From Opitutales bacterium (GTDB lineage: Bacteria > Verrucomicrobiota > Verrucomicrobiia > Opitutales > UBA2987), in contig JAJFLU010000045.1 of assembly GCA_021772515.1 (NCBI GenBank), positions 197,684 through 261,683 on the forward strand: a stretch of 64,000 nt of DNA, read 5' to 3'. Below, piece by piece: positions 18,552 through 27,309 of this stretch (position 1 is the stretch's first letter; each line of letters begins with the position of its first letter). The notes beneath the pieces are model-generated. The model ran no database searches. It was not told where the DNA came from and saw only the letters and a list, made by a program, of their open reading frames with translations. The translations under genes and the position numbers were made by a program.

Positions 18552-21449
18552 ATGGCGGCAGCAATGCTGTGCCCAAATATGTGGAGAACTAAGGCACAAT
18601 TGATCGAATATGTAAAAAACTTTAAAGAGATTCCTCTTTGGCTTTGGACGGCAAATCTATTATCTGCTTTACTAGTCATGGGCATTGACCTCGCCTTGCC
18701 TTTGGGGGTTGCAGGTGGAGTGCCGTATGTGTTGGTGGTGCTTTCGGGGTTGTGGTCGTCGTGGCCCGGTTACCTGATTCTCATGGGCGGTTTGGGAACA
18801 TTGTTCACGATAACCGGCTTCATCTTTTCACCGGAAGGCGGAGTTTTATGGATCGTTCTGGCAAATCGAGGGCTGGCATTATTTGCCATCTGGACTACAG
18901 CAATATTTGCCTGGGATCGGAAACGCCAGGAGCTATGCCTAAAAGAAAATGCCAAAGAACTTAAAAATTCCAGAGATGCCTTGGAAAATGAAATCGCCAA
19001 AAGTGGGAGTTATCAAAATGTGTTAATTGAAAGAGAAGACCGCATACGATCCATTTTGGAAACCGCAATCGACGGAATTATAATCATCAATGAGCGAGGA
19101 GCAGTGCAGTCGATGAACTATGCTGCAGAACGCCTTTTCCAATATAAGGAGAAAGATATCGTGGGTAAAAATGTCAATATGCTCATGCCTTCCCCTTATC
19201 AGGGAGAACATGATGGGTACCTCGCAAATTACCTCGAAACAGGAATCAAGAAAGTCATTGGAATTGGGCGTGAAGTTGTCGGTATGCGTAAAGACGGCAG
19301 CACCTTACCCATGCAATTGGGGGTGAGCGAAGTAGGTGTTAAAGGAGAACGGCTTTTCACCGGAATCGTCCACGACATTACAGACCAAAAACAGCTTGAA
19401 AAATCGATTCGGGAAGACGCAGAAGAGTCGAACACCCAGCTTGGAAAAGCTATTAAAGTAGCCGAGGAATGGGCTAAAAAATCCGAAAAATCCAATAGGG
19501 CGAAAAGTGAATTCCTGGCCAATATGAGCCACGAAATACGCACTCCGATGAATGGGATTATGGGTATGACGGGCCTCTTGCTCGATACCGAACTGCAACC
19601 CCATCAGCGCGAATATGGGGTTATCATCAGAAACAGCGCAGACTCACTGCTCACTATAATCAACGACATCCTCGATTATTCCAAAATCGAAGCCGGTAAA
19701 ATCGATTTTGAAGTCCTCCATTTCGATTTGAACCATCTTGTTGAAGAATTATGCGATCCGCTCGCTTTGAAGGCGCATAGTCAAGGGCTCGAATTTCTTT
19801 ATAACATCAAAAGCGATACCCCTTTCTTGCTACAGGGAGACACAGGGCGATTGCGCCAAATCCTCAATAATCTTATCTCAAACGCCATCAAATTTACTGC
19901 AAATGGAGAAGTTGTCCTTCAAGTCGAGGTTGAAAAGGAAACCGAATCAATAGTGAAGTTGGTATTCAACGTACGAGACACAGGTATCGGCATTCCCGAA
20001 AAGGACATCGGTAAACTCTTTACCAAATTCACACAGGTGGAGGCCTCTACTTCACGAAAATATGGAGGCACAGGACTGGGTTTAGCTATTTCCAAAAAAC
20101 TGTGCGAACTCATGGGGGGGCAAATGGGAGTGACCAGCGAACCACAAAAGGGTTCACTTTTCTGGTTCACCTTATCTTTCAAAAAACAACCCCTCAAAAA
20201 GAAATACATTCCACAGAAAATAGAGGCTATTTGTGGGAAACGAGTTCTAGTCGTAGATGACAACGAAACCATTCGCACGGTTTTAACACAGCAATTGGGT
20301 ATTTGGGATTGCGTGATTGGAGAGGCCTCAAATGGCCCGGAGGCACTGGAATTATTACAAAGAGAAAGCGCCGCTGGGAAACCCTATGATATTGCGATTC
20401 TCGATTTCGAGATGCCTGAAATGGACGGAATAGCATTGGGCAAAAAAATTAAGGCTGATCCGAAAACTCAAAATACCACTCTGATCATGCTTACTTTTCT
20501 CGGGAATAAAATCGATAAATCGGAGTTGGATGATATCGGATTTGTGGATTGCTTGAGCAAGCCAGTAAAAAAATCACATCTATATGACAGTTTGGTAAAC
20601 GCCCTTAACCCAAAAACCAAAATACTTGATAACAGTAAGCAGGAATTATTGAGCACTCTAGATTTTGCTAAAAATCAAAAGCAGAAAATTCGCATTTTGG
20701 TGGCCGAGGATAATATAGTAAATCAAAAGGTGGCCTTGGGAATATTGGAGAAGCTTGGTTTCAGAGCCGACACAGTATCCAATGGATGTGAAGTGGTCAA
20801 GATTCTCGAATCTACTCCCTATGACTTAATCTTGATGGATGTGCAAATGCCGGAAATGGATGGACTTGAAGCAACCAGAATAATTCGCGATCGAACCTCC
20901 AAAGTTTACCGACCGGATTTACCAATTATCGCGATGACAGCGCGGGCCATGGAAAATGACAAAACGCAATGTATCGCAGCGGGAATGAATGATTATGTTT
21001 CCAAACCGGTGATGCCGAAAGCTCTGTTGAACGCCATTGAAAAACAGCTTTCCAAACAAATCGTAAATTTGGTTAAAAACCCATACAATGAGATAAACGA
21101 AGACGTGGATATCATATTCGACCGTGAATTATTTCTATCACGATTCGGGGGTGATATTGTTCTATGCGAACAAATCAAAGAATATTTTCTAAACGATACT
21201 CCTGAGCAGTTACTAGCAGTCAAAAAAGCCATCGAGAATAAGGATTCTGTGGCGCTTGGTGACTCATCACACACACTCAATGGATCCGTAGCCAATATAG
21301 AAGCCATCAAACTTCTGGGTTTGGTAAATAGATTGGAAATTATGGCAAAGGGAAAGCAATTTGAGCAGGCCGAGGTCATTGCCGGCGAGGCGGAGGCCGC
21401 CTTCGAGGAGTTTTGCCAACATCTTGATGAGTCGCCCATCCGGGTATAG
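18552..21449 (+). CDS. Hybrid sensor histidine kinase: 4-TM N-terminal module, PAS, HisKA, HATPase_c, two receiver domains, HPt
   Basis: TM module with 'LPLGVAGGVPYV'; PAS 'ILETAIDGIIIINERGAVQS...HDGYLANYLETG'; H-box 'FLANMSHEIRTPMNGI'; ATPase 'DTGIGIP...GGTGLGLAISK'; REC 'VLVVDDNE...ILDFEMPEMDG' and 'ILVAEDN...LMDVQMPEMDG'; HPt 'SSHTLNGSVANI'. Confidence 0.9.
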   Translation: MAAAMLCPNMWRTKAQLIEYVKNFKEIPLWLWTANLLSALLVMGIDLALPLGVAGGVPYVLVVLSGLWSSWPGYLILMGGLGTLFTITGFIFSPEGGVLWIVLANRGLALFAIWTTAIFAWDRKRQELCLKENAKELKNSRDALENEIAKSGSYQNVLIEREDRIRSILETAIDGIIIINERGAVQSMNYAAERLFQYKEKDIVGKNVNMLMPSPYQGEHDGYLANYLETGIKKVIGIGREVVGMRKDGSTLPMQLGVSEVGVKGERLFTGIVHDITDQKQLEKSIREDAEESNTQLGKAIKVAEEWAKKSEKSNRAKSEFLANMSHEIRTPMNGIMGMTGLLLDTELQPHQREYGVIIRNSADSLLTIINDILDYSKIEAGKIDFEVLHFDLNHLVEELCDPLALKAHSQGLEFLYNIKSDTPFLLQGDTGRLRQILNNLISNAIKFTANGEVVLQVEVEKETESIVKLVFNVRDTGIGIPEKDIGKLFTKFTQVEASTSRKYGGTGLGLAISKKLCELMGGQMGVTSEPQKGSLFWFTLSFKKQPLKKKYIPQKIEAICGKRVLVVDDNETIRTVLTQQLGIWDCVIGEASNGPEALELLQRESAAGKPYDIAILDFEMPEMDGIALGKKIKADPKTQNTTLIMLTFLGNKIDKSELDDIGFVDCLSKPVKKSHLYDSLVNALNPKTKILDNSKQELLSTLDFAKNQKQKIRILVAEDNIVNQKVALGILEKLGFRADTVSNGCEVVKILESTPYDLILMDVQMPEMDGLEATRIIRDRTSKVYRPDLPIIAMTARAMENDKTQCIAAGMNDYVSKPVMPKALLNAIEKQLSKQIVNLVKNPYNEINEDVDIIFDRELFLSRFGGDIVLCEQIKEYFLNDTPEQLLAVKKAIENKDSVALGDSSHTLNGSVANIEAIKLLGLVNRLEIMAKGKQFEQAEVIAGEAEAAFEEFCQHLDESPIRV

Positions 21450-21462
21450 AATACGTTCGTTG

Positions 21463-22389
21463 TCAGGACTTGATCGCAAGTGTGGCCGCCGTTTTCATCT
21501 CCTCCACCGGAGCCTCACGGCTGGTCCAAATTTCGAGGGATCGGACTCCTTGCCAAACAAGCATCGACAGCCCATTTGCCACCGCCATGCCCCTGCTTTT
21601 TGCTTCTCGCAGGAGGCTGGTTTCGGGCGGATTGTAAACCATGTCCAAAACTTTGAGGTCGGGGGAAATACTTTCAATCTGAATGGCTGATGGATCGCCA
21701 ATTTTCAATCCAAGAGATGTGGCGTTGATGAGAATACCACTTTCGGGTAAATTTTGAGGTAGTTCCGTGAGGTCGAATCCCTCCACCGACGCATCCGAGG
21801 TAATGCCGTCTAAAAAGGTGAGAAGATTTCTCAAATGAACCTGGTTACGATTTCCGATCCAGAGTTTTTTGCAACCGCTTAACAAGCAGTGCACGGCGGC
21901 GGCACGGGCTGCCCCCCCCGCCCCCATAATAATAATTGTTTCGCCTGAAATACCGGCACCAAGGTCCAATTCGAGCGCTTTTTCCAGTCCGAACCCGTCG
22001 GTATTGAAACCTTGGTAGCCTTCCGTATCCCAAAGAAGTGTATTTACGGCACCCATGATTTCTACCGAATAATCAATATCCGAGAGTAGTTCGACCGCCG
22101 CCACTTTATGGGGAATGGTGAGGTTTACTCCGCGAAAACCGAGGGTATGCATCAATTTGAGGGCAGGGGCCAATTCCTCTGGTCCAATATCGAAGGCGTG
22201 ATATTTCCAGGCTGCGAACCCTTTTTCCTGGGTCGCCATATTGGCGAGGGCCGCATTATGTACTTGCGGGCTTATGGAATGCGAAATGGGATGGCCGATT
22301 ACGCCGAGGGAAACTCCCGTAGTCGGCCAATTCTGCAAATCGGCGAGGGAGTAAACGTGTGTCGAGCCGGATTCAGAAGCGGCTGGCAT
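21463..22389 (-). CDS. aroE: Shikimate dehydrogenase
   Basis: 'GVIGHPISHSISPQVHNAA', 'GVNLTIPHK', 'FNTDGFG', 'IIIMGAGGAARAA'. Confidence 0.9.
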   Translation of the reverse strand: MPAASESGSTHVYSLADLQNWPTTGVSLGVIGHPISHSISPQVHNAALANMATQEKGFAAWKYHAFDIGPEELAPALKLMHTLGFRGVNLTIPHKVAAVELLSDIDYSVEIMGAVNTLLWDTEGYQGFNTDGFGLEKALELDLGAGISGETIIIMGAGGAARAAAVHCLLSGCKKLWIGNRNQVHLRNLLTFLDGITSDASVEGFDLTELPQNLPESGILINATSLGLKIGDPSAIQIESISPDLKVLDMVYNPPETSLLREAKSRGMAVANGLSMLVWQGVRSLEIWTSREAPVEEMKTAATLAIKS

Positions 22390-22392
22390 TGT

Positions 22393-23262
22393 TTAAGAAT
22401 TCGCGTGACGCCTGTAGGTGGCCTCGAATTCGTGGACGAAGCCTGCAAACATTCTGGCGCGAGCCTGGTTTTTTTGGAGTCGATATTCCCGCTCCAGATA
22501 TTGGCAGCAGCGGCATAACACTTCCCCAACGGGCGTTGGCGCCAAAAACGCATCCCCTGCGCCGATATTGCCAGATGAAAAAAGATTCCTGGCTTCCTGT
22601 GGAGAACGAAAAGCGCCTCTTTCATTCGCATCAATATAAAATATTTCGTCCTCATGGAAACAACCCACTAAAAATTGTCGGGATAAAAAAACCGGCTCCA
22701 ATTGTAGCCCACACCTCTGGGCAGTGAGTATATAGAGGATCGATAATGTAAGTGGATTTCCCCTGCGCCGGTTGAGAACCTCGCCGAGAAAGCAATCCTG
22801 AGGATCATTGAGATCCTCTTTATTGGTGCGAAATCCGTATTCGTGGAAAACTACCCGGTTGATGACTTTGCATTTTTCAAGAGCGCTTCCGGGTAAAACA
22901 AAAAGTTCTCTGCATCGCGCGGCGACGGCATCGAGTATAAAACAGCTCTCGGCCGTGTCGATTTCGGGATGCACGGTCTTGTTTAACAGAAGGCAGCCGG
23001 TCTCCAGTTCATAATTGAGCGAACGGATGAATTGGATGAACTCCTTTATCGTGTTGGGGCCCTGCAATTCCTCGAGAAAAATTCGTGCCTGCGCCTCAAG
23101 AATTCGATTTCCACTGCAAAGAATATTCTTAAGAAACACGCTGCCAACTTCCCCAAGCCGCCCCAATTCCTGCAATATGGCCTTCTGCACCACAGGGGAA
23201 GGATCATCCAACAGTAGGGTTAGCGCCTCCTCTCTTTCTTTGCGTAAAATTTGCCCGGCCAC
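22393..23262 (-). CDS. SirB1/transglutaminase-like (Transglut_core2-type) protein with an N-terminal HEAT-like segment
   Basis: 'INRVVFHEYGFRTNKEDLNDPQDCFLGEVLNRRRGNPLTLSILYILTAQRCGLQLEPV' matches the SirB1 N-terminal domain pattern. Confidence 0.65.
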   Translation of the reverse strand: MAGQILRKEREEALTLLLDDPSPVVQKAILQELGRLGEVGSVFLKNILCSGNRILEAQARIFLEELQGPNTIKEFIQFIRSLNYELETGCLLLNKTVHPEIDTAESCFILDAVAARCRELFVLPGSALEKCKVINRVVFHEYGFRTNKEDLNDPQDCFLGEVLNRRRGNPLTLSILYILTAQRCGLQLEPVFLSRQFLVGCFHEDEIFYIDANERGAFRSPQEARNLFSSGNIGAGDAFLAPTPVGEVLCRCCQYLEREYRLQKNQARARMFAGFVHEFEATYRRHANS

Positions 23263-23401
23263 AATTATTTTATTATCAGATATTCACAGTTGGGCAATAC
23301 ATTTAATTGCATTTTCCCCGAAAAATCGAATTTTTACTATTTTATTAAAAGTTAGCTATCGTTTTTTCATTTTTACTATCCAACTTGAACTTCGGCGCTA
23401 T

Positions 23402-24097
23402 CTATTGACGCTTACCAAATAGAACCGTCCCCAATCTAAGGCAGGTGCTTCCGGCTCGAATGGCTTCCGCCATATCGCCGCTCATTCCCATTGAGAGTTC
23501 TTTTAGCGAAAGTCCACTGGATACGCTCAACTCATCACGCAATGAGCGGAGGCGATCGAAGGCAGCCAATGCTACGGATCGATCCTCATCCAGCGGCGCG
23601 ATAGTCATCAAACCTTCTACGAGGATATTCGGGCACTGAAGAGCGGCCTCCATCAATTTTGGAGTCTCTCGACTGGAAACGCCGAATTTTTTAGGATCTT
23701 CACCGGTGTTTACTTGTAATAATACCGGAAGCTTCTTGCCAATTTCCCCTGCGTATCGATCCAAAGCCCTGACCAGCTTAATCCTGTCCACCGATTGAAT
23801 CCGATCAAACAGCGAAACGGCCAACTTTGCTTTGTTGGACTGAAGATTCCCAATCAATTCCCAGCGAATCTGCTCCCCTGCCAGAGGTTTTTTACCGGCC
23901 GATTCCTGCACACGGTTTTCACCGATTGCCTCGAAACCGAATCGAGCGGCGAAGTCGACTGCTTCATGTGATTGGCTTTTTGTCACCGCAAGCACCTTCA
24001 CGGATGAGGAATCACGCCCACAATTTTTACATATTTGGTCTATTTCATCCAAAACACCTTGGGCATTGCACGCAAATTGACTGTAATTCAGCTTCAT
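23402..24097 (-). CDS. yggS: YggS-family pyridoxal-phosphate homeostasis protein
   Basis: 'VKVLAVTKSQSHEAV...FEAIGENRVQE', 'WELIGNLQSNK', 'LSMGMSGD'. Confidence 0.9.
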   Translation of the reverse strand: MKLNYSQFACNAQGVLDEIDQICKNCGRDSSSVKVLAVTKSQSHEAVDFAARFGFEAIGENRVQESAGKKPLAGEQIRWELIGNLQSNKAKLAVSLFDRIQSVDRIKLVRALDRYAGEIGKKLPVLLQVNTGEDPKKFGVSSRETPKLMEAALQCPNILVEGLMTIAPLDEDRSVALAAFDRLRSLRDELSVSSGLSLKELSMGMSGDMAEAIRAGSTCLRLGTVLFGKRQ

Positions 24098-24177
24098 ATT
24101 AGAAAAAATTTGACTCTATTGAATATTAGCTAAACTGATGTATCTTGTAGCATAAGACAAATTTATACGCATTTCCC

Positions 24178-25086
24178 ATGCATATTGAAAATTTTAAAAT
24201 ATTCTCCGACTTGGTGGAAAGTGAAAGTTTTTCCAGAGCCGCGAAGCTGAATGGAATCACCCAATCTGCAGTGAGCCAGCAATTGCGAGCCATGGAAAAG
24301 CATTTTAATGTAATCATTGTGGACCGCAGTCAAAAACAATTCAAGCTGACGCAGGAGGGGCAAAAGCTGTATACCAGCGCTCAGGATATACTGCATCGTT
24401 ATGAAATTCTGCAAAGCGAATTGCAGGAAATGAAAAAAATCATCAGCGGCACCATACATCTCTCGACCATATACAGTATTGGTCTGCACGAGTTACCGCC
24501 CTACGTTAAAAAATTTCTTCAGGATTACCCGTCGGTTAATGTGCGGGTCGAGTACCGGCGTTCCAACCTTGTTTATGAGGACATCCTGCATAACTCGGTC
24601 GATATCGGTTTGGTGGCCTACCCTACTAAAATGCGACAATTGGAGATTATTCCATTCCTGGAGGATAAATTGATGCTCATTTGCAGTGACGATCACCCCG
24701 CCGCGAACTTTTCTGAAGTGGGTCTCGACGAGCTTTCCAAATTCAAATTCATCAGCTTCGATCCCGATATTCCGACTCGCAAAGCGCTTGATCAGATTTT
24801 TCGGGACGCTAAAATTTCAATCGATCCGGTGATGGAATTTGACAACATTGAAACGGTCAAAAGAGCCGTGGAAATCGGCGCCGGAGTAGCGATACTCCCG
24901 GAAATTACCGTTCAGCAGGAGGTGAAACAGGGGTTGATCAGGGCCATCCCGATCAAGGGCAAGCAGTTTAAGCGACCTTTGGCCATAATCCATCGAAAAG
25001 GCAAAGTGCTGACCCCGGCGATCAAAAAATTTATTAAAACACTTACGGGTAACGCATCGCCTCAGAAGGAACAGAAAGAAGGCTAG
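24178..25086 (+). CDS. LysR-family transcriptional regulator
   Basis: N-terminal HTH 'FKIFSDLVESESFSRAAKLNGITQSAVSQQLRAMEKHF' followed by a LysR substrate-binding domain. Confidence 0.9.
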   Translation: MHIENFKIFSDLVESESFSRAAKLNGITQSAVSQQLRAMEKHFNVIIVDRSQKQFKLTQEGQKLYTSAQDILHRYEILQSELQEMKKIISGTIHLSTIYSIGLHELPPYVKKFLQDYPSVNVRVEYRRSNLVYEDILHNSVDIGLVAYPTKMRQLEIIPFLEDKLMLICSDDHPAANFSEVGLDELSKFKFISFDPDIPTRKALDQIFRDAKISIDPVMEFDNIETVKRAVEIGAGVAILPEITVQQEVKQGLIRAIPIKGKQFKRPLAIIHRKGKVLTPAIKKFIKTLTGNASPQKEQKEG

Positions 25087-25191
25087 GCTGTCGAAAAATC
25101 TCAATTAAACCGTCCTCTGTATAGATAATTGTCGAATTCTCGTTTGATTTTTTCAAATATTAGCATATCCTTTCCTTAAATAACGATACTC

Positions 25192-25605
25192 ATGAATTGG
25201 CGCTCCTGCATAACAACACTTTTGGCAACCTTTGTGGTTTACCCGAATTGTTGCTGCCTGCTCGGGGCGCACCCGGCGGAGTCGGATATGGGCGGCTGTG
25301 GCTTCGTCGAAGAAAAAGCGCTTCCCAAATGCTGCCAAAAAGTCGAAACATCCTCATCGGAAGAAAAAGGAGATGAGCCCTGTCCACACCAGCAGGGGAA
25401 ATCGGTTCTCAAACAATCTACGCTTGTCGCGAAGGTGTTAAAACCCGTTGCCCAAAAACCTCTTTTTTCTCCCCTATTATCGACTTTGTCAAAAAATTGG
25501 CAGCATGGTGACTCTCCTCTTTTTGTGACTTTGGAGGAACAGGTTTTCCTACGAAGTCCACCCCCGACCGCATTGCGGAAATTGCACTGTCGTTATATCA
25601 TTTGA
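25192..25605 (+). CDS. Hypothetical Cys-rich small protein (137 aa) leading the metal-efflux locus
   Basis: A hydrophobic N-terminus ends in 'PNCCCLLG', followed by 'GGCGF', 'PKCCQK' and 'EPCPH'. It is co-directional with the efflux genes. Coding status is unverified. Confidence 0.4.
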   Translation: MNWRSCITTLLATFVVYPNCCCLLGAHPAESDMGGCGFVEEKALPKCCQKVETSSSEEKGDEPCPHQQGKSVLKQSTLVAKVLKPVAQKPLFSPLLSTLSKNWQHGDSPLFVTLEEQVFLRSPPPTALRKLHCRYII

Positions 25606-25706
25606 TCCTTTTTGTGGATCATTGACCGGGGTTTTCGCTGCCAGTCAAATCAACACCCCAAAACCTTGGCAGTGGCCTCGCGTGAATTCATGGAATCCAC
25701 CGTGTA

Positions 25707-25800
25707 CATTAATGTTAATGATGGCACACTCCATGATTCGCCCTAGTCAAAGAAGGCCTTTTGCGAAGCTACCTTTTAAAAGGTTGGCTCTTTAAAAGAG
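25707..25800. promoter_or_regulatory. Cluster of three palindromes upstream of the outer-membrane efflux gene (candidate operators)
   Basis: 'CATTAAtgTTAATG' (25707-25720), 'CCTTTTAAAAGG' (25772-25783) and 'CTCTTTaAAAGAG' (25788-25800), lying 33-126 nt upstream of the ATG at 25833. Confidence 0.3.
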
Positions 25801-25832
25801 AAGAAGATAAACGACAGAAAGTTACATCCGTA

Positions 25833-27263
25833 ATGCATATTTTAACATTCAGAAATAAAAATCTATCAATCCCAAAATTCGGTAGACGCCTGTTTATTCG
25901 ATCAAGCAGCCATCATTGGAAACGGAAACTGCTGCCACGCTTGGGTCTCTGTGGTTTGGCTGTTATGCTCTCGTCAGCAACCGTTGAGGGCAAAAATAAG
26001 GCAATTGAACAAGGAGAGAAGTTTGAACCTGAAAGGACGCAGGTAACTTCCGCGCACCTGCCCGAACTCAACGATCAATCCTCGCTTTCCGATTATCTGG
26101 CGTATGCAGCTTTGAAAAATCCGGGTTTGGAGGCCTCCTACAACCTTTGGCAGGCCGCTTTGCAGAAGGTTCCTCAGGCGAAGTCATTGCCGAACCCGAA
26201 GTTGAGCTACGGAGTGTTCATACGCGAAGTTGAAACCCGCGTTGGCCCGCAGGAGCAAAAATTTGGACTGTCGCAAAGTTTTCCCTGGTTCGGCAAATTA
26301 CGCTTGCGGGGAGATGTCGCCGCAGAGGCAGCCAATGCCGCCTACCAGAAATATCAATCCAAAAAATTGCGGCTCTTCTACGAGGTCAAAAACACCTATT
26401 ACGAATACTATTACCTTGATCGGGCAATCGCGATTACGGATGACAATATTAATCTTCTCAAGCATCTTGAAAGTGTTGCCCAAGCCAAATCGAAAGCCGG
26501 CGCGCCACTTTCAGGAGTTATTCAGGCACAGGTCGAATTGGGCAAACTTGATGATCGTTCGCGCACCCTGAATGCTTTGCGTGGGCCGATTGTTTCGAGA
26601 ATCAATGCCATACTCAACCGCCCGTTTGATGCCCCTCTACCCTGGCCGAGAACGGCGCCCTTTCGCGAGGTAGTTTTATCCGAGGCTCAGTTATTTAGCT
26701 GGCTGAGGGAACTAAGTCCGGAATTAAAAACCCTCGATCATGCCATAACGAAAGAGGAGAAAGCCATCGAACTGGCCAAGAAGGATTTTTATCCCGATTT
26801 TATGTTGGGCGTCGATTATGTGGATACCGGCAGCGCCTTGAACCCAACGACTCCGGGGAGTGGCAAAGATCCTGTATCGGCGGTTTTCGCGGTTAACCTT
26901 CCGATATGGCGAGGTAAATACAAAGCGGAACTTGAAGAGGCCAAACAACGCCACAACGCAGCCCTCAATTCGAGGATCAATCAGGAAAACCTGCTCGAAA
27001 CGGACCTTAAAATGGCCCTCTATCGCTATAACGATGCCAAGAGGAAAATCGATCTGTTTCGCGATACATTGACCCCCGAAGCAGAACAGTCGCTGAATAT
27101 CACGGAGGAGGCCTACCGCGCGGGCGATGTGGACTTCCTCAATCTAATCGATGCCCAGCGCCTCCTCCTCGAATTCCAGCTTTCCGCCGAGCGCGCGCTC
27201 ACCAATCGCGAGCAGAGCCTGGCAGAAATTGAAATGCTGGTGGGCAGATCAGTTTCTCCCTAA
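25833..27263 (+). CDS. cusC: TolC-family outer-membrane efflux protein (CusC/CzcC-like)
   Basis: Two OEP repeats, for example 'LSDYLAYAALKNPGLEASYNLWQAA', 'VGPQEQKFGLSQSFPWFGKLRLRG' and 'GDVDFLNLIDAQRLLLEFQL'. ATG at 25833 (MHILTF...) is preferred to 25761. Confidence 0.85.
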   Translation: MHILTFRNKNLSIPKFGRRLFIRSSSHHWKRKLLPRLGLCGLAVMLSSATVEGKNKAIEQGEKFEPERTQVTSAHLPELNDQSSLSDYLAYAALKNPGLEASYNLWQAALQKVPQAKSLPNPKLSYGVFIREVETRVGPQEQKFGLSQSFPWFGKLRLRGDVAAEAANAAYQKYQSKKLRLFYEVKNTYYEYYYLDRAIAITDDNINLLKHLESVAQAKSKAGAPLSGVIQAQVELGKLDDRSRTLNALRGPIVSRINAILNRPFDAPLPWPRTAPFREVVLSEAQLFSWLRELSPELKTLDHAITKEEKAIELAKKDFYPDFMLGVDYVDTGSALNPTTPGSGKDPVSAVFAVNLPIWRGKYKAELEEAKQRHNAALNSRINQENLLETDLKMALYRYNDAKRKIDLFRDTLTPEAEQSLNITEEAYRAGDVDFLNLIDAQRLLLEFQLSAERALTNREQSLAEIEMLVGRSVSP

Positions 27264-27309
27264 ATCCAAATTTTTATTTTACAGTAGTTAAATTTTAGAA
27301 AATAGAGCC

